DNA of 64,000 nucleotides from Candidatus Chisholmbacteria bacterium (GCA_963704905.1 CAVPHZ010000002.1:292537-356536); one strand, 5' to 3'. Positions 1 through 10,414 are shown, numbered from the stretch's first letter. Made by a program: numbers and translations. The notes: generated from the letters alone by a model not told the origin.

Positions 1-374
1 GTAACAACTCCCAGAAATATTGCCACATCAGCTATATTAAACAACGGCCCCGCACCCATACTCATAAAATCAACAATTCCACCTCGAAATGTTCGGTCAA
101 AGTAATTACTCAATCCACCGCCAAATATCATTCCAATCGATAAGTGAAAATCAGTATTACCTTTTGGTACTAAGGCAATAACGGCCAATATGGAAAGAAG
201 TACAGTTGTCAGTATCCATGCAATTTGAGGACTACTTGAAAGAAAACTGAACGCTACCCCCTGATTGAGAACAACTGGATAGCTCCAACGGATAAAAAGA
301 GTTTTGACAATCTGATCAACAACAATGATCAAAAAGCTAATGATGATAATTTTTCGATTGGAGAAAAGCCTCAC
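1..374 (-). CDS. lspA: Signal peptidase II (lipoprotein signal peptidase), 3'-truncated by window edge
   Basis: Manual translation from GTG at 374: MRLFSNRKIIIISFLIIVVDQIVK...NQGVAFS...GGGLSNYFDRTFRGGIVDF...FNIADVAI, matching LspA motifs (DQxxK, NxGxAF, GNxxDR, VDF, FNxAD). GTGA overlap with the upstream stop. Confidence 0.9.
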   Translation of the reverse strand, partial: MRLFSNRKIIIISFLIIVVDQIVKTLFIRWSYPVVLNQGVAFSFLSSSPQIAWILTTVLLSILAVIALVPKGNTDFHLSIGMIFGGGLSNYFDRTFRGGIVDFMSMGAGPLFNIADVAIFLGVV

Positions 375-742
375 ACATTCCTCTTCTTCGCACAGCGCAT
401 GCAAAGCTCAGCCGTTGGATTTATTGCCAATCTATCAGTGTCAATCATTTTCCCACATGACTCACAAAGTCCGTATTTCCCAAACTTCATCTTTGTCAAA
501 GTTTTTCGGATGGTAATCAAACGTCGATCAACTTCCTGTCGGAGAGCTTCAACTCGATCATGACCAGAAATCTCCGCAGCATCGGCATCCGTAGCAGCGT
601 TGTCATTCACACGATCAGTATCAGAGAATGGATCCTCACTATCCAACTTCGTACGGCGCCTCTCAAGTCGTTTTTGCATCGAAACAAGATAATTTTTCAT
701 CGGTTTAAGAATATTTTTTGGTAAAAATGGTACTCGTTTCAT
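371..742 (-). CDS. TraR/DksA C4-type zinc finger protein
   Basis: C-terminal GKYGLCESCGKMIDTDRLAINPTAELCMRCA and an acidic coiled-coil tip (DTDRVNDNAATDADA). Start chosen at MKRVPF (742). Confidence 0.85.
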   Translation of the reverse strand: MKRVPFLPKNILKPMKNYLVSMQKRLERRRTKLDSEDPFSDTDRVNDNAATDADAAEISGHDRVEALRQEVDRRLITIRKTLTKMKFGKYGLCESCGKMIDTDRLAINPTAELCMRCAKKRNV

Positions 743-765
743 AAAATAATATGTTTCAAAGTTAA

Positions 766-1625
766 CTAACTTTTCTCTCCTGTTTGTTTTCGAATTCGTC
801 CACCCAATCGTGTAACAAATTGCCAACTCGATTGTCGAATCTCTTGATAATCTTGAGTGACTGATCGTCCACTTCGTAGGTACAGACCAATGATTCCGAT
901 AAATACCATTCCAAATCCATAGTAAACTTCAATTGGGATCGAAAAAAAGTATACAGAAAAGTCAGTAAGCGGATCAACCACAAGGTGCAATGCTCCAGAA
1001 AACGTAAGGTATGAAAATGTTAAAAATCCAGGCTGTGCAGACGCACGCTTGTTCCGATACCATTCAAATGTACGGTACCGCTCCTCCACCCGCCACAGAA
1101 AAATAAAAATCAATAAGTAACCTATTATCCAAATAAACTGGATTGGAAGACGCGGAGCATCATAACCAACAAAAACGAAACCGAGAGACTGAAATTCACG
1201 ACCAACTCCAAATCCCGAAAAAAAGCTCCTATCCAACCCACACTCTGAGCCAATGCAAGACCTGTAACCGAAATATCGGCAATTGCATAATAACTCCACC
1301 GCTTTCTGCGGGAGATAAACCATAGTCCTATCGACCCAAGAAGCAATCCTCCAAATATTGATAATCCCGGAACCCGAAGAACCGATATCCAACGTAGGAA
1401 TGAAAGTTGAAATTGATCAAAATGAAACCCAATATAAGCTAAACGAGCTCCGATAAGCCCAAATAATGCTACGAGTATAAATGTATCAAAAATATCTTCT
1501 TCAGAAAAATGGTTTTCTACTCCCCTTTTCCAAACAACGAAACTTGCCATGACTAGAGCGATAAGTGAAAACACTCCAAAAGTATAGATCGTGACTGGTC
1601 CAAGAGAAATGAGAACTGGATACAT
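766..1625 (-). pseudogene. lgt: Prolipoprotein diacylglyceryl transferase split by a 1-nt indel in a T7 run (real frameshift or sequencing error)
   Basis: N-part MYPVLISLGPVTIYTFG...GLIGARLAY...GLSIFGG...AQSVGWIGAFF continues in another frame as SGFGVG...RLPIQ. One extra T in the run at 1218-1224 joins the frames. Confidence 0.8.
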
Positions 1626-1692
1626 AGTAAAACACCTCTCATTATACCCAAGGTTCGTTGACTTTCTACTACCGCTTCCGTACACTCCAAAT

Positions 1693-2130
1693 ATGCTTGC
1701 ATTAACCCACGCGATTGTTGGGGCAACCATTGCCAAAACCTCGTCTTCACCAACAACGGGCTATCTGCTCGCCTTTCTCTCTCATCCAGTTCTCGATTAT
1801 ATTCCCCACTGGGACATGCGCACACGCCATACGAAGCGTCCGTTAACTCATATCATCTTATTATCTCTTGCCGATGCCGCTGTGGGTTTTACGATTGGCT
1901 TCCTTCTCTTTGGCTCATCAGTTCCATTCGTTCAACTCACCATTACAATGTTCGCTGCACAAGCGATGGATTGGTTCGAAGCGCCATTCACAGTACTAAA
2001 CTGGAAATTCCCACCCTTCTCATGGATCAAGGCTTTTCAGCATAAGGTGCACACGAAAATGGGATTCCCAAATGGACTCTGGACTCAATTTATCCTAGTA
2101 TTCTTTCTACTTTTACTTTCTGCGCAATGA
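1693..2130 (+). CDS. Membrane protein, YdjM-like metal-dependent hydrolase superfamily
   Basis: MLALTHAIVG...SHPVLDYIPHWD...D..QHKVH His/Asp pattern with hydrophobic helices. TACACT lies 6 nt upstream of the ATG. Confidence 0.6.
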   Translation: MLALTHAIVGATIAKTSSSPTTGYLLAFLSHPVLDYIPHWDMRTRHTKRPLTHIILLSLADAAVGFTIGFLLFGSSVPFVQLTITMFAAQAMDWFEAPFTVLNWKFPPFSWIKAFQHKVHTKMGFPNGLWTQFILVFFLLLLSAQ

Positions 2131-2131
2131 A

Positions 2132-2692
2132 TTAAGAAGTTCTTTCAATGTACTCACCTGTGCGAGTATCCACTCTAATCTTATCTCCCGCATTGATGAA
2201 TAGAGGCACACGGACTCGAATATTTGTCTCAAGAATAACATCTTTGGTAGCTCCCGCAACAGTATCCCCTTTCACTCCGGGGCTTGCTTCCTTCACTGTA
2301 AGGGAAACTTTTGGAGGGAGATCAATATCAATTGCCTTGTTTTCAAAAAGGAGAATAAAAATTGGTGTACCCTCAACAGCATATTTCGATACAGCTCCAG
2401 AAATAGACGCTGGGATGCTCACTTGCTCAAACGTTTCAGGATGCATAAATATGAGATGTTCCTCTTCTGGGTAAAGATACGTCATCGCTCGACGCTCTAC
2501 CTGAGCTTCCTGAACTTTATCACCCGATTTAAACGTATGTGCTTGCAAAGATCCAGTACGAAGATTTCTGGCTTTAATGGTAATCGTTCCAGAACCTCGG
2601 GATAAATGAACATGTTTATACTCAGTCACTCTCCACGGGTCATTGGCATACTCAAAAACAACACCAGTACGAAGCTTGGTTACACTCAACAT
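2132..2692 (-). CDS. efp: Elongation factor P
   Basis: LRTG..F, KARNLRTG, TFKSGDKV, YLY, PGVKGDT, VPLFINAGDKIRVDTRTGEYIER. Confidence 0.95.
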   Translation of the reverse strand: MLSVTKLRTGVVFEYANDPWRVTEYKHVHLSRGSGTITIKARNLRTGSLQAHTFKSGDKVQEAQVERRAMTYLYPEEEHLIFMHPETFEQVSIPASISGAVSKYAVEGTPIFILLFENKAIDIDLPPKVSLTVKEASPGVKGDTVAGATKDVILETNIRVRVPLFINAGDKIRVDTRTGEYIERTS

Positions 2693-2757
2693 AGAAACGT
2701 ATTGTAAGAAATATTCTGATAAAATACCAGTGAAGCTCATCCTGAGCTTCTCCAAAA

Positions 2758-2843
2758 GCCGAGGTGGCGGAACTGGCAGACGCGTAGGTCTCAAAAACCT
2801 ATGAGGCTAATACCTCGTGCGGGTTCGACTCCCGCCCTCGGCA
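2758..2843 (+). tRNA. tRNA-Leu(CAA), long variable arm, CCA not encoded
   Basis: Acceptor GCCGAGG/CCTCGGC+A, D-loop TGGCAGACGC, anticodon arm TAGGT-CTCAAAA-ACCTA, variable arm GAGG..CCTC, T arm GCGGG-TTCGACT-CCCGC. Confidence 0.97.
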
Positions 2844-2857
2844 CAATATAAAGTTAA

Positions 2858-4174
2858 TTAACTCGAGCCTCTCCGCTTGTCCACCCCATAAAACCGAATC
2901 CGATCGCCTTTAAAGCGAAGGTTAATGATACGAAGCGGCCCATTTCGATGCTTGGCAATGGATAGCTTCATATTCTCTGTCTCCTCATCATCCTCACGAA
3001 ATAAAAACATTACAACATCAGCATCTTGTTCAATCGCTCCGGATTCTCGGAGGTCTGCCAACTGCGGTTGATTACCTCCTCGATGTTCTACTGCTCGTGA
3101 TAATTGTGAAAGTGCTAAAACTGGAATCTTTAATTCCCTGGCTAAATTTTTCATACCCTGACTAATCTCGGTCACTTCTTGAACACGGTTTTCAAGCCTT
3201 CGTCCAACAGCAAGTTGCAGATAATCAATAATAAGTATCCGTAATCCGACTTCACTCATCAGTCTTCGAGCTTTAGTACGCATCTCAAGAATTGACAGAC
3301 CTGGCGTATCATCGATATACAGAGGCGCCTCTGCAAGAACACCCATGGCATTTGAAAGTTTTTCAAAATCTTCAGGGCTTAACTTTCCGGTTTTCAAACG
3401 CCATGCATCGATATCCGCTTGTGATACCAAAAGTCTATCAACAACCTCTTCCTTGCTCATTTCAAGAGAAAAAAAGCCTACTGGTAAATTCATAGCTACC
3501 GCCATGTGCTGAGCCATGTTCAAAGCTAATGCGGTTTTTCCCGTACCAGGTCTCCCAGCGAGCACAAGCAAGTTCGAATCCTGCATGCCAGCTAAGGTAT
3601 TATCTAAGTCACGAAAGCCAGTAGGCACACCCCGTAAGCCCTCTGAAGCCTTGTGTAATTCGTCAAGACGATCAAAACTCTGTGCCAGAGCTTCTCGAAT
3701 TGGAATGAAAGCCTGTTTCGTTTGTTTTTGAGAAAGAGAAAATATCTCTCGCTCTGCCCGATCAACAACTTCATCAGCTGCCAAAGACTCATTAAATGCA
3801 TCCTCAACGAGTTGACTCGCAGAGGTGATAACCATCCTCTTGACTGCCTCAGAATGAACGATCTGCCCATAGTGAGCAACATGTGAGGCAGTTGGAACCG
3901 AAGACGCGAGTCTGGCAAGATAACTCGAACCGCCTATCTTTTTTAAACTTTTGTGTTTTTTAAGCCGATCCGAGAGTGTAACCAGATCAACCGGTTTTCC
4001 TTCCTCAAACAATTCGAGAACGCAGAGAAATATCGTTCCATGATATTCATTATAAAAATGCTCAGGTTTTAAAAATTCAATAACTTGAGTAATGGCTTCG
4101 CGATCTATGAGAAAAGATCCGAGCACAGATTGTTCTGCTTCATCGCTATGCGGAGGCACACGTCCTTGAGCCAT
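2858..4174 (-). CDS. dnaB: Replicative DNA helicase
   Basis: PPHSDEAEQSVLG, Walker A GRPGTGKT, IDYLQL, SQLSRAVE, DLRESGAIEQDAD, KHRNGP. Confidence 0.98.
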   Translation of the reverse strand: MAQGRVPPHSDEAEQSVLGSFLIDREAITQVIEFLKPEHFYNEYHGTIFLCVLELFEEGKPVDLVTLSDRLKKHKSLKKIGGSSYLARLASSVPTASHVAHYGQIVHSEAVKRMVITSASQLVEDAFNESLAADEVVDRAEREIFSLSQKQTKQAFIPIREALAQSFDRLDELHKASEGLRGVPTGFRDLDNTLAGMQDSNLLVLAGRPGTGKTALALNMAQHMAVAMNLPVGFFSLEMSKEEVVDRLLVSQADIDAWRLKTGKLSPEDFEKLSNAMGVLAEAPLYIDDTPGLSILEMRTKARRLMSEVGLRILIIDYLQLAVGRRLENRVQEVTEISQGMKNLARELKIPVLALSQLSRAVEHRGGNQPQLADLRESGAIEQDADVVMFLFREDDEETENMKLSIAKHRNGPLRIINLRFKGDRIRFYGVDKRRGSS

Positions 4175-4204
4175 AATTAAGAAGATTATCTGGGCAGCAA
4201 CTAA

Positions 4205-4864
4205 CTAACTACCTAACACAACAACTTCCAATTCCTCTGGTAATTGTTGTCGTGTCATCGTAAGTTTTTCTTGAGGAGTGACATCATCAAAACCACCTTC
4301 TCGAAGAAATGCGTCAACCTCTGCAACTTCCTTAAATGCTTTAAGGTCATGTTTCTTGGTTTTGTAATGCATTGGAATGACAATCGATGGCTGAAGTTGG
4401 CTAATCACCTCAGTCGCTTCTTTCGGTCCAATCGTGTACACTCCTCCAACGGGCAGTAAAAGCACGTCAATTTCGCCTATTTCTTCAGTTTGCTGATCAG
4501 TCAAAACATGCCCAAGGTCACCCAGGTGAGCAATATTAAGATCGTCCACTCGCAGCACAAAAATAGTATTCACACCTCTCTCTGCACCCTCCTTTGCATC
4601 ATGATATGAAGCAATTCCAAATACTGAAATTCCGGCTACTTCATACTCTCCAGGATGCGCAATGACGAATGGTTCTTCACGCCTCGCTGTACCTGAGACT
4701 GCAGAAAAGTTATTATGGTCAAAGTGATCATGCGACACCGTCACCACATCGGAAGAAATACGGGAAAAAGGAAAGCCAACCTTAGAATCATAGGGATCAG
4801 TCACAACACTTGCATTTTTTCCCCGAAGTTTAAAAGACGCATGGCCAAGATATATGATATCCAT
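4205..4864 (-). CDS. MBL-fold metallo-hydrolase (UPF0173/Lactamase_B_3-like)
   Basis: YLGHASF, SHDHFDHN, HLGDLGH, LPVGG, IPMHY. Confidence 0.9.
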   Translation of the reverse strand: MDIIYLGHASFKLRGKNASVVTDPYDSKVGFPFSRISSDVVTVSHDHFDHNNFSAVSGTARREEPFVIAHPGEYEVAGISVFGIASYHDAKEGAERGVNTIFVLRVDDLNIAHLGDLGHVLTDQQTEEIGEIDVLLLPVGGVYTIGPKEATEVISQLQPSIVIPMHYKTKKHDLKAFKEVAEVDAFLREGGFDDVTPQEKLTMTRQQLPEELEVVVLGS

Positions 4865-4895
4865 AACCAACGAATGGTATCACAGCCAAGTTTTC

Positions 4896-4924
4896 TTGAC
4901 AATACGAGCCCTGTTTGTTAGAGT
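4896..4924 (+). promoter_or_regulatory. Putative sigma70 promoter for the 4974-6196 gene pair
   Basis: TTGACA(4896-4901)-17 nt-TAGAGT(4919-4924) with an upstream TG (extended -10). Confidence 0.5.
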
Positions 4925-4973
4925 TACGCGCGAAACATAATCCTATATAATTTACTCTGCTTCAAAAAGAGGT

Positions 4974-5399
4974 ATGCGAAAAGAAGTGATCATCGTTATT
5001 CTCGTAGGAATTGCAATAGGTGCGATCGTCACCTTCGGCATCTATACAGCCCAAACGGCAATTCAGCGTCAGCAGGTCAAAATCGAACAATCTGAAAAAC
5101 CTGATACTACACCCTCTCCGGCAGACTCTTCTCACTTTCTTCAAATATTAGAGCCAGCCAATGAACTCGTAACTGAAGAAGAAGATATTTCTATTACAGG
5201 GCAAACAAGTCCAAACGCCGTTATTGCAATCATTGCACAAGAAAGTGAGTATCTCCTCACCGCCGATAATGAGGGTACATTCTCCGCACAAATATCGCTC
5301 TCCGGAGGGGCAAATCAAATTACTATCAGCAGCTTCGACGGAGAAGGAAATAAAGTTGAAGAAGCGCTGACAGTGGTATACTCAACCGCAGAGCTATGA
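4974..5399 (+). CDS. Membrane-anchored protein with Ig-like beta-sandwich domain
   Basis: N-terminal TM helix, then ITGQTSPNA..ADNEGTFSAQISLSGGANQITISSFDGEGN, a pattern typical of bacterial Ig-like domains. GAGG SD present. Confidence 0.7.
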   Translation: MRKEVIIVILVGIAIGAIVTFGIYTAQTAIQRQQVKIEQSEKPDTTPSPADSSHFLQILEPANELVTEEEDISITGQTSPNAVIAIIAQESEYLLTADNEGTFSAQISLSGGANQITISSFDGEGNKVEEALTVVYSTAEL

Positions 5400-6196
5400 T
5401 TGATTCCGACAATCACTCCTTTCTACCCCATGTACTCAAAAGTCTTCTTCTAGGCCATGCTTGTCTCATACTTCTTCTTGTATATACCACGACATTTTCA
5501 TACGCACAGAAAGACGCCACGAATTCCACCGTATCAGAAGAAACAATTAAAGAAAATCTGAAGGAACGACTCAAAAATGTGATACGAGACAACCAAGTTG
5601 AAAGAATAGTAACCAAGCGAGCTTGGGTTGGAAATTTAGCCTCTATAGCAAACAATACATTAACCATTGAAACCAGATATGGACCGAGGTTGGCAAGCGT
5701 CTCTGCCGAAACAACGTTTGTCCTCTTACCTAAACGGGCATCTATTTCAGCCGAAGATCTTGTTATCGGCTCACATACCATTGCAATGGGAGTTGTTAAC
5801 GAAAATCAGGTTCTTAATACAACTAGAGTTGTCATTGAAGAAGATCCTGAAGAAACCCCAAAGAGAGTTGCCCACTTTGTTCGCATAAGTCAGTTTAATG
5901 AAAAGACTGATGAATTAGAAGTTATTCTCACATCAGGAGAGGTTCAAACCCTCGAGATCACTAAAAAAACTGAGGTTTCACTAAATAATGACACTGAAAT
6001 TGAAAATGGATCTACAGATGATCTCGTCCAAGGAGAACATGCAATTATCATTGTTGAGATAAACATGGGCGCCAATGATGAAGAACGGTTACTCCTTCGC
6101 ATTCACTTGCTTGCCAAAAACGCTGAGGAAGACGTTGTAATCGGTCCTGAAATTGATCAATCAAGTCAAGAATCCACTCAATCTTCACATCAATAA
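5396..6196 (+). CDS. Exported hypothetical protein with two DUF5666-like beta repeats
   Basis: Signal/TM segment and two repeats of G.l.si....l.i.t..G....v...T......s.eDL.vG. ATGA overlap with the upstream gene. Confidence 0.55.
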   Translation: MIDSDNHSFLPHVLKSLLLGHACLILLLVYTTTFSYAQKDATNSTVSEETIKENLKERLKNVIRDNQVERIVTKRAWVGNLASIANNTLTIETRYGPRLASVSAETTFVLLPKRASISAEDLVIGSHTIAMGVVNENQVLNTTRVVIEEDPEETPKRVAHFVRISQFNEKTDELEVILTSGEVQTLEITKKTEVSLNNDTEIENGSTDDLVQGEHAIIIVEINMGANDEERLLLRIHLLAKNAEEDVVIGPEIDQSSQESTQSSHQ

Positions 6197-6537
6197 ATCA
6201 ATATTCGAAACAAGCTCCACTATGGTCACCTGAGCCTTTATCTCTTAAATACACCAAATATCTATTTTTACCAAATCGAATATCCAGATCTCGACCATAA
6301 AGAATAGATATCGATAGATATGGTGTTTGAGCAGTTCATACGGAGTTCCAAATTCCTCAACATCCACAGTTCTGGCTACTATCATCAGCTCAAGGAGCTA
6401 TTGATCCACTATTGGAATTGAATTTTGTCCAAAAACATTGGAGCGTAATATAAAACGTCAAATAAGGAAAAGAAGTTACAGAATACTATTCGGATCAAAC
6501 CTTGTTACCAGGCTAATCAAGTGATATCATAAGTTTT

Positions 6538-7818
6538 ATGGCAAGCAAAAAGACACTTCTTCAACCGCCAAAAGGTTTTCGTGATTTCCTCCCCCAGGAA
6601 GCCATGAAGCGAGGTTATGTCATTAGCGCAATGATTAGAACATTTGAGCTCTTTGGTTTCCAACCGCTTGAAACCCCTGCACTGGAATATGCATCGGTCT
6701 TAGAAGGCAAATATGGGGAGGAAGAAAAACTCATCTTCAAATTCGAAGATCGCGGCAAAAGAGAACTAGCTCTGCGCTTTGATCAAACCATTCCGACAGC
6801 TAGAGTTGTCGCCCAGTACGCAGATCAACTCCCTACTCCTTTCAAACGCTATCAGATTCAACCGGCATGGCGGGCAGAAAAACCACAAGCTGGCAGATTC
6901 CGAGAGTTTCTTCAATGTGATGCTGATATTATCGGCACCGACTCCCCCTTGGCAGATGCTGAAATTCTCGCTTTAGCTGACAAAGTCCTTCAAGTATTGG
7001 GCGTTAAGAAATACCTTATTTTGTTCAATGATCGTCGAGTGCTCTCAAGAATGATAAAATCTTCCGGCATTAAAGCAGAGCTTGAGTTACCAATTATCCG
7101 CATATTAGATAAACTTGAAAAAGTTGGTGAAGAAGCTGTCTTAACCGAACTCGAAAATATTGGTGTTGCATCGACAAAAATAGAACAACTCATGACGCTT
7201 CTTGGGAAACGACCAGTCCTCCCAGGAAAAAAGATACAGGAAGTGAGCCTAGAGGAGATCGAATCAATTACCCGAGAGCTAAAGAAATTTGGAGTATCAA
7301 GCAAAAAAGTACTGTATACCCCAACTCTTGCCAGAGGTTTAGATTACTACACCGGGCTAATCTTTGAGGTAACAATCAATGGGTACGAGGTAGGTTCAGT
7401 ATGTGGCGGAGGGAGATACGACAATCTCATTGGTATGTATGCAGGCAAGTCCATACCAGCTGTTGGCTTTGCCTTTGGTATAGATAGGATGATTGAGGCA
7501 CTTGATTTGCTTAATCTTTTTCCAGTTTCCAAAACACAGACAAAAGTACTTGTCACAATATTCAATCAAGAACTCGCAAACACATCTGCATCCCTCACAA
7601 CCGAGTTAAGAAACCAACAAATCAATGCCGAACTCTATCTGAATCCTTTCGAAAAACTCGATAAACAAATAAAATATGCCGACAAAAAAAGCATCCCGTT
7701 CGTGGTCATCATCGGCCCCGACGAAGCAGAAAACAATCAAGTGACTATCAAGAACCTCGACACGGAGATACAAGAAACCATTCCACAAGATCAGCTCCTT
7801 TCGCGTTTACAGAAATAA
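6538..7818 (+). CDS. hisS: Histidine--tRNA ligase
   Basis: PKGFRDFLP, LRFDQT, RAEKPQAGRFREFLQCDAD, RGLDYYTG, GGGRYDNL. Confidence 0.98.
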   Translation: MASKKTLLQPPKGFRDFLPQEAMKRGYVISAMIRTFELFGFQPLETPALEYASVLEGKYGEEEKLIFKFEDRGKRELALRFDQTIPTARVVAQYADQLPTPFKRYQIQPAWRAEKPQAGRFREFLQCDADIIGTDSPLADAEILALADKVLQVLGVKKYLILFNDRRVLSRMIKSSGIKAELELPIIRILDKLEKVGEEAVLTELENIGVASTKIEQLMTLLGKRPVLPGKKIQEVSLEEIESITRELKKFGVSSKKVLYTPTLARGLDYYTGLIFEVTINGYEVGSVCGGGRYDNLIGMYAGKSIPAVGFAFGIDRMIEALDLLNLFPVSKTQTKVLVTIFNQELANTSASLTTELRNQQINAELYLNPFEKLDKQIKYADKKSIPFVVIIGPDEAENNQVTIKNLDTEIQETIPQDQLLSRLQK

Positions 7819-7827
7819 AAAGTCTCT

Positions 7828-8790
7828 ATGCCCACACGCCTAAAAGCCTATATCGCCCTACTCATAAACGTATCAATATGGGGTGCAGCGCTTCCAATAG
7901 TAAAACCAGCACTATCATTTGTTACACCCTATCAGTACCTTTTCTTTCGCTATCTCATCGCCGCTCCAATCTCGCTCCCCTTTCTTATCTACCTCATGAA
8001 AAAGCACAAACCATCGATAAAGGTATTAAGAAATACAGTTTTATTAGAATTCATCGGTGTGACAGGGTATCTTTCACTTCTCTATGAAGGACTCAGTCGT
8101 ACCACCTCAATCGAGGCAACCTTAATTGCCAATACCGCTTCCATCTTCATTATCTTGGGAGGAATATTTTTTCTCAAAGAACAAGAAGAACGGCATGAAC
8201 TTATCGGCCTAATAATGGCAATAGCAGGTGCGCTCCTCCTGACGTTCGAACCAATCATTACTGGAAGAAACCACCTTGGTTTAAGCTCACTTACTGGGAA
8301 TCTCCTAGTTTTAGCGGCCAATCTATTCTGGGCCTCATACATCCTCTTAGCGAAAAAACGATATAGAAATACTCCGAAACTTCTAGTTGGCTTCCTTAGC
8401 CCCTGGGTTGGTCTCATGAGCTTTTTTATCCTGGTCCTGCTCACAACTCCTGATCTCAGTGTTGCAGGGGTAGGTTCAATGATTACCTCTAGCTTGTCAA
8501 TCATTCAGGTCGCCAGTGCCGCAATCTACATGTCTCTACTCGGTTCTATTATTGCTGTTCCAGCCTATATCTATGGCAACGATCTTATCGAAGCTTCAGA
8601 AGCCTCGCTCTTTTCCTACCTTCAACCTGTAATTGCCATTCCCCTGGCAACCATTTGGCTCAAAGAACCAATTAACATCATCATGATCCTCGCCCTTTTG
8701 CTTACCACCTCAGGTGTCTATACTGCCGAGCGCAGAAAGAAAACGATAGCCACTGCCAAATCAGTTGCCATACACCCGACCGAAGAGTAA
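7828..8790 (+). CDS. DMT/EamA family transporter (two EamA repeats)
   Basis: About 10 TM helices with IWG..P..K and FSYLQPV...LKE. Confidence 0.85.
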   Translation: MPTRLKAYIALLINVSIWGAALPIVKPALSFVTPYQYLFFRYLIAAPISLPFLIYLMKKHKPSIKVLRNTVLLEFIGVTGYLSLLYEGLSRTTSIEATLIANTASIFIILGGIFFLKEQEERHELIGLIMAIAGALLLTFEPIITGRNHLGLSSLTGNLLVLAANLFWASYILLAKKRYRNTPKLLVGFLSPWVGLMSFFILVLLTTPDLSVAGVGSMITSSLSIIQVASAAIYMSLLGSIIAVPAYIYGNDLIEASEASLFSYLQPVIAIPLATIWLKEPINIIMILALLLTTSGVYTAERRKKTIATAKSVAIHPTEE

Positions 8791-8800
8791 AATCAGCCTA

Positions 8801-10003
8801 ATGAAAATATCAGATAGAGCGCTTAAAACTCCCCCCTCTCCGATTCGTAAACTCGTACCGTACGCCGAGCGAGCCAAGAAAAAAGGCATCCACATCTACA
8901 ATCTCAACATCGGTCAACCGGATATTAAATCACCCTCAGCTTTCCTGCGCGCCGTTAACACCTATTCCAGCACAACAGTTGCCTATGAAAACTCACTAGG
9001 AAACTCTCAGCTTCGACAAGACCTTGTCAAGTACTACCGGAAAAACGATATCGACGCGACCACTGACAACATTATCATCACGACAGGGGGAAGTGAGGCA
9101 ATCCTCTTCGCACTTCTGGCTACCTGTGACCCATCTGATGAATGTCTTGTATTCGAACCGTTCTATGCTAACTACGCGGGGTTTGCATCCATGGCCGGTG
9201 TCAACCTAAAAGCAGTAACGACCAAGCCTCAGGATGGATTTCACCTCCCTACCCGATCAGAAGTTGAAAGACAGATCACAAGCAAAACCAAAGCGATAGT
9301 TATTGTCAGTCCCAATAATCCAACTGGAACGGTACTCTCAAAGAGTGAACTCGAAACAATTGGGAAGATAGCCAACCAACACAACCTCTTCATTATCAGC
9401 GATGAAACCTATCGGGAATTTATCTACGATAATTTGACACACGTCAGCGCTTGGTCTCTCAAAGCAAACCAGAATCATGTCATCATCGTAGACAGCCTCT
9501 CAAAACGGTACAGTCTCTGTGGTGCTCGAATTGGTTGTTTGGTGACAAAAAACAAACTAGTGCTGGATGGTGTGACCAAATTTGCTCAGGCTCGTCTAGC
9601 CTCCCCAACCATCGAGCAAGTCGCTGCCATTGCAGCACTCAAAACTCCCGTGTCATACTTTAATAAAATTAAAGATGAGTATCAAAATCGAAGAAACACA
9701 CTTATTGAAGGCCTACAAGCTATTCCTGGTGTATACGTCCAAAAACCAAGCGGAGCCTTCTACTGTATTGCAAAGCTACCAGTAAAAAATGCCGAGGAAT
9801 ATGCGACCTGGTTACTCACTGACTATCAACAAGATAGAAAAACAGTCATGTTAGCACCAGCAGCAGGATTCTATCTTTCAAATAAGTTAGGAGCTGATGA
9901 AGTCCGTATCGCCTATGTACTCAATCAATCTGATTTAAAACAAGCAATCCAGATTCTTCACGACTCGTTAGCGGTGTACAAAAATACTGTGGGCAGCAAG
10001 TAA
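8801..10003 (+). CDS. PLP-dependent aminotransferase class I/II (aspartate aminotransferase-like)
   Basis: LNIGQPD, SPNNPTG, SDETYREF, SLSKRYSLCGARIG. Confidence 0.92.
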   Translation: MKISDRALKTPPSPIRKLVPYAERAKKKGIHIYNLNIGQPDIKSPSAFLRAVNTYSSTTVAYENSLGNSQLRQDLVKYYRKNDIDATTDNIIITTGGSEAILFALLATCDPSDECLVFEPFYANYAGFASMAGVNLKAVTTKPQDGFHLPTRSEVERQITSKTKAIVIVSPNNPTGTVLSKSELETIGKIANQHNLFIISDETYREFIYDNLTHVSAWSLKANQNHVIIVDSLSKRYSLCGARIGCLVTKNKLVLDGVTKFAQARLASPTIEQVAAIAALKTPVSYFNKIKDEYQNRRNTLIEGLQAIPGVYVQKPSGAFYCIAKLPVKNAEEYATWLLTDYQQDRKTVMLAPAAGFYLSNKLGADEVRIAYVLNQSDLKQAIQILHDSLAVYKNTVGSK

Positions 10004-10099
10004 CTAGTATAAATAACAATAAATTGATACAATACTGACCTTGAATGAGAGATAAATTCGATATCGTTCCGCTATTCAAATTCAATAATCTGCAATACC

Positions 10100-10414
10100 A
10101 TGAAATCAAAAATACATCCAGAATACTATAAAGAGGCAAAGGTCGCTTGTGCATGCGGAAATACCTTCACCACTGGATCCACGCTTCCTGAAATCACTCT
10201 TGATATCTGTAGCGCCTGTCACCCATTCTTCACTGGTGAGATGAGGCTTATCGATACTCAGGGAAGAATTGAAAAGTTTGAAGCCAGAAGAGCCAAAGCT
10301 GGCAAATCCACCACAAAGAAAAAAGCAAAGATTTCAAAACAAGAGCGTCCCAAATCGCTCAAAGAAATGCTTCACACGAAAGAAGAAGTTTCACAAGAAG
10401 CATCCCAGAAGTAA
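10100..10414 (+). CDS. rpmE: 50S ribosomal protein L31 (Zn-binding type) with C-terminal extension
   Basis: MKSKIHPEY..CACG...DICSACHPFFTG...DTQGRIEKF. Confidence 0.95.
   Translation: MKSKIHPEYYKEAKVACACGNTFTTGSTLPEITLDICSACHPFFTGEMRLIDTQGRIEKFEARRAKAGKSTTKKKAKISKQERPKSLKEMLHTKEEVSQEASQK

Noticed and set aside
2758-2857. tRNA-anchored genomic island or prophage
   Set aside because: No integrase and no repeated tRNA 3' end noticed. The tRNA is flanked by efp and dnaB.
6197-6537. Possible decayed minus-strand gene or His attenuator upstream of hisS
   Set aside because: Only short interrupted frames with no recognisable family, no His-codon run and no terminator.
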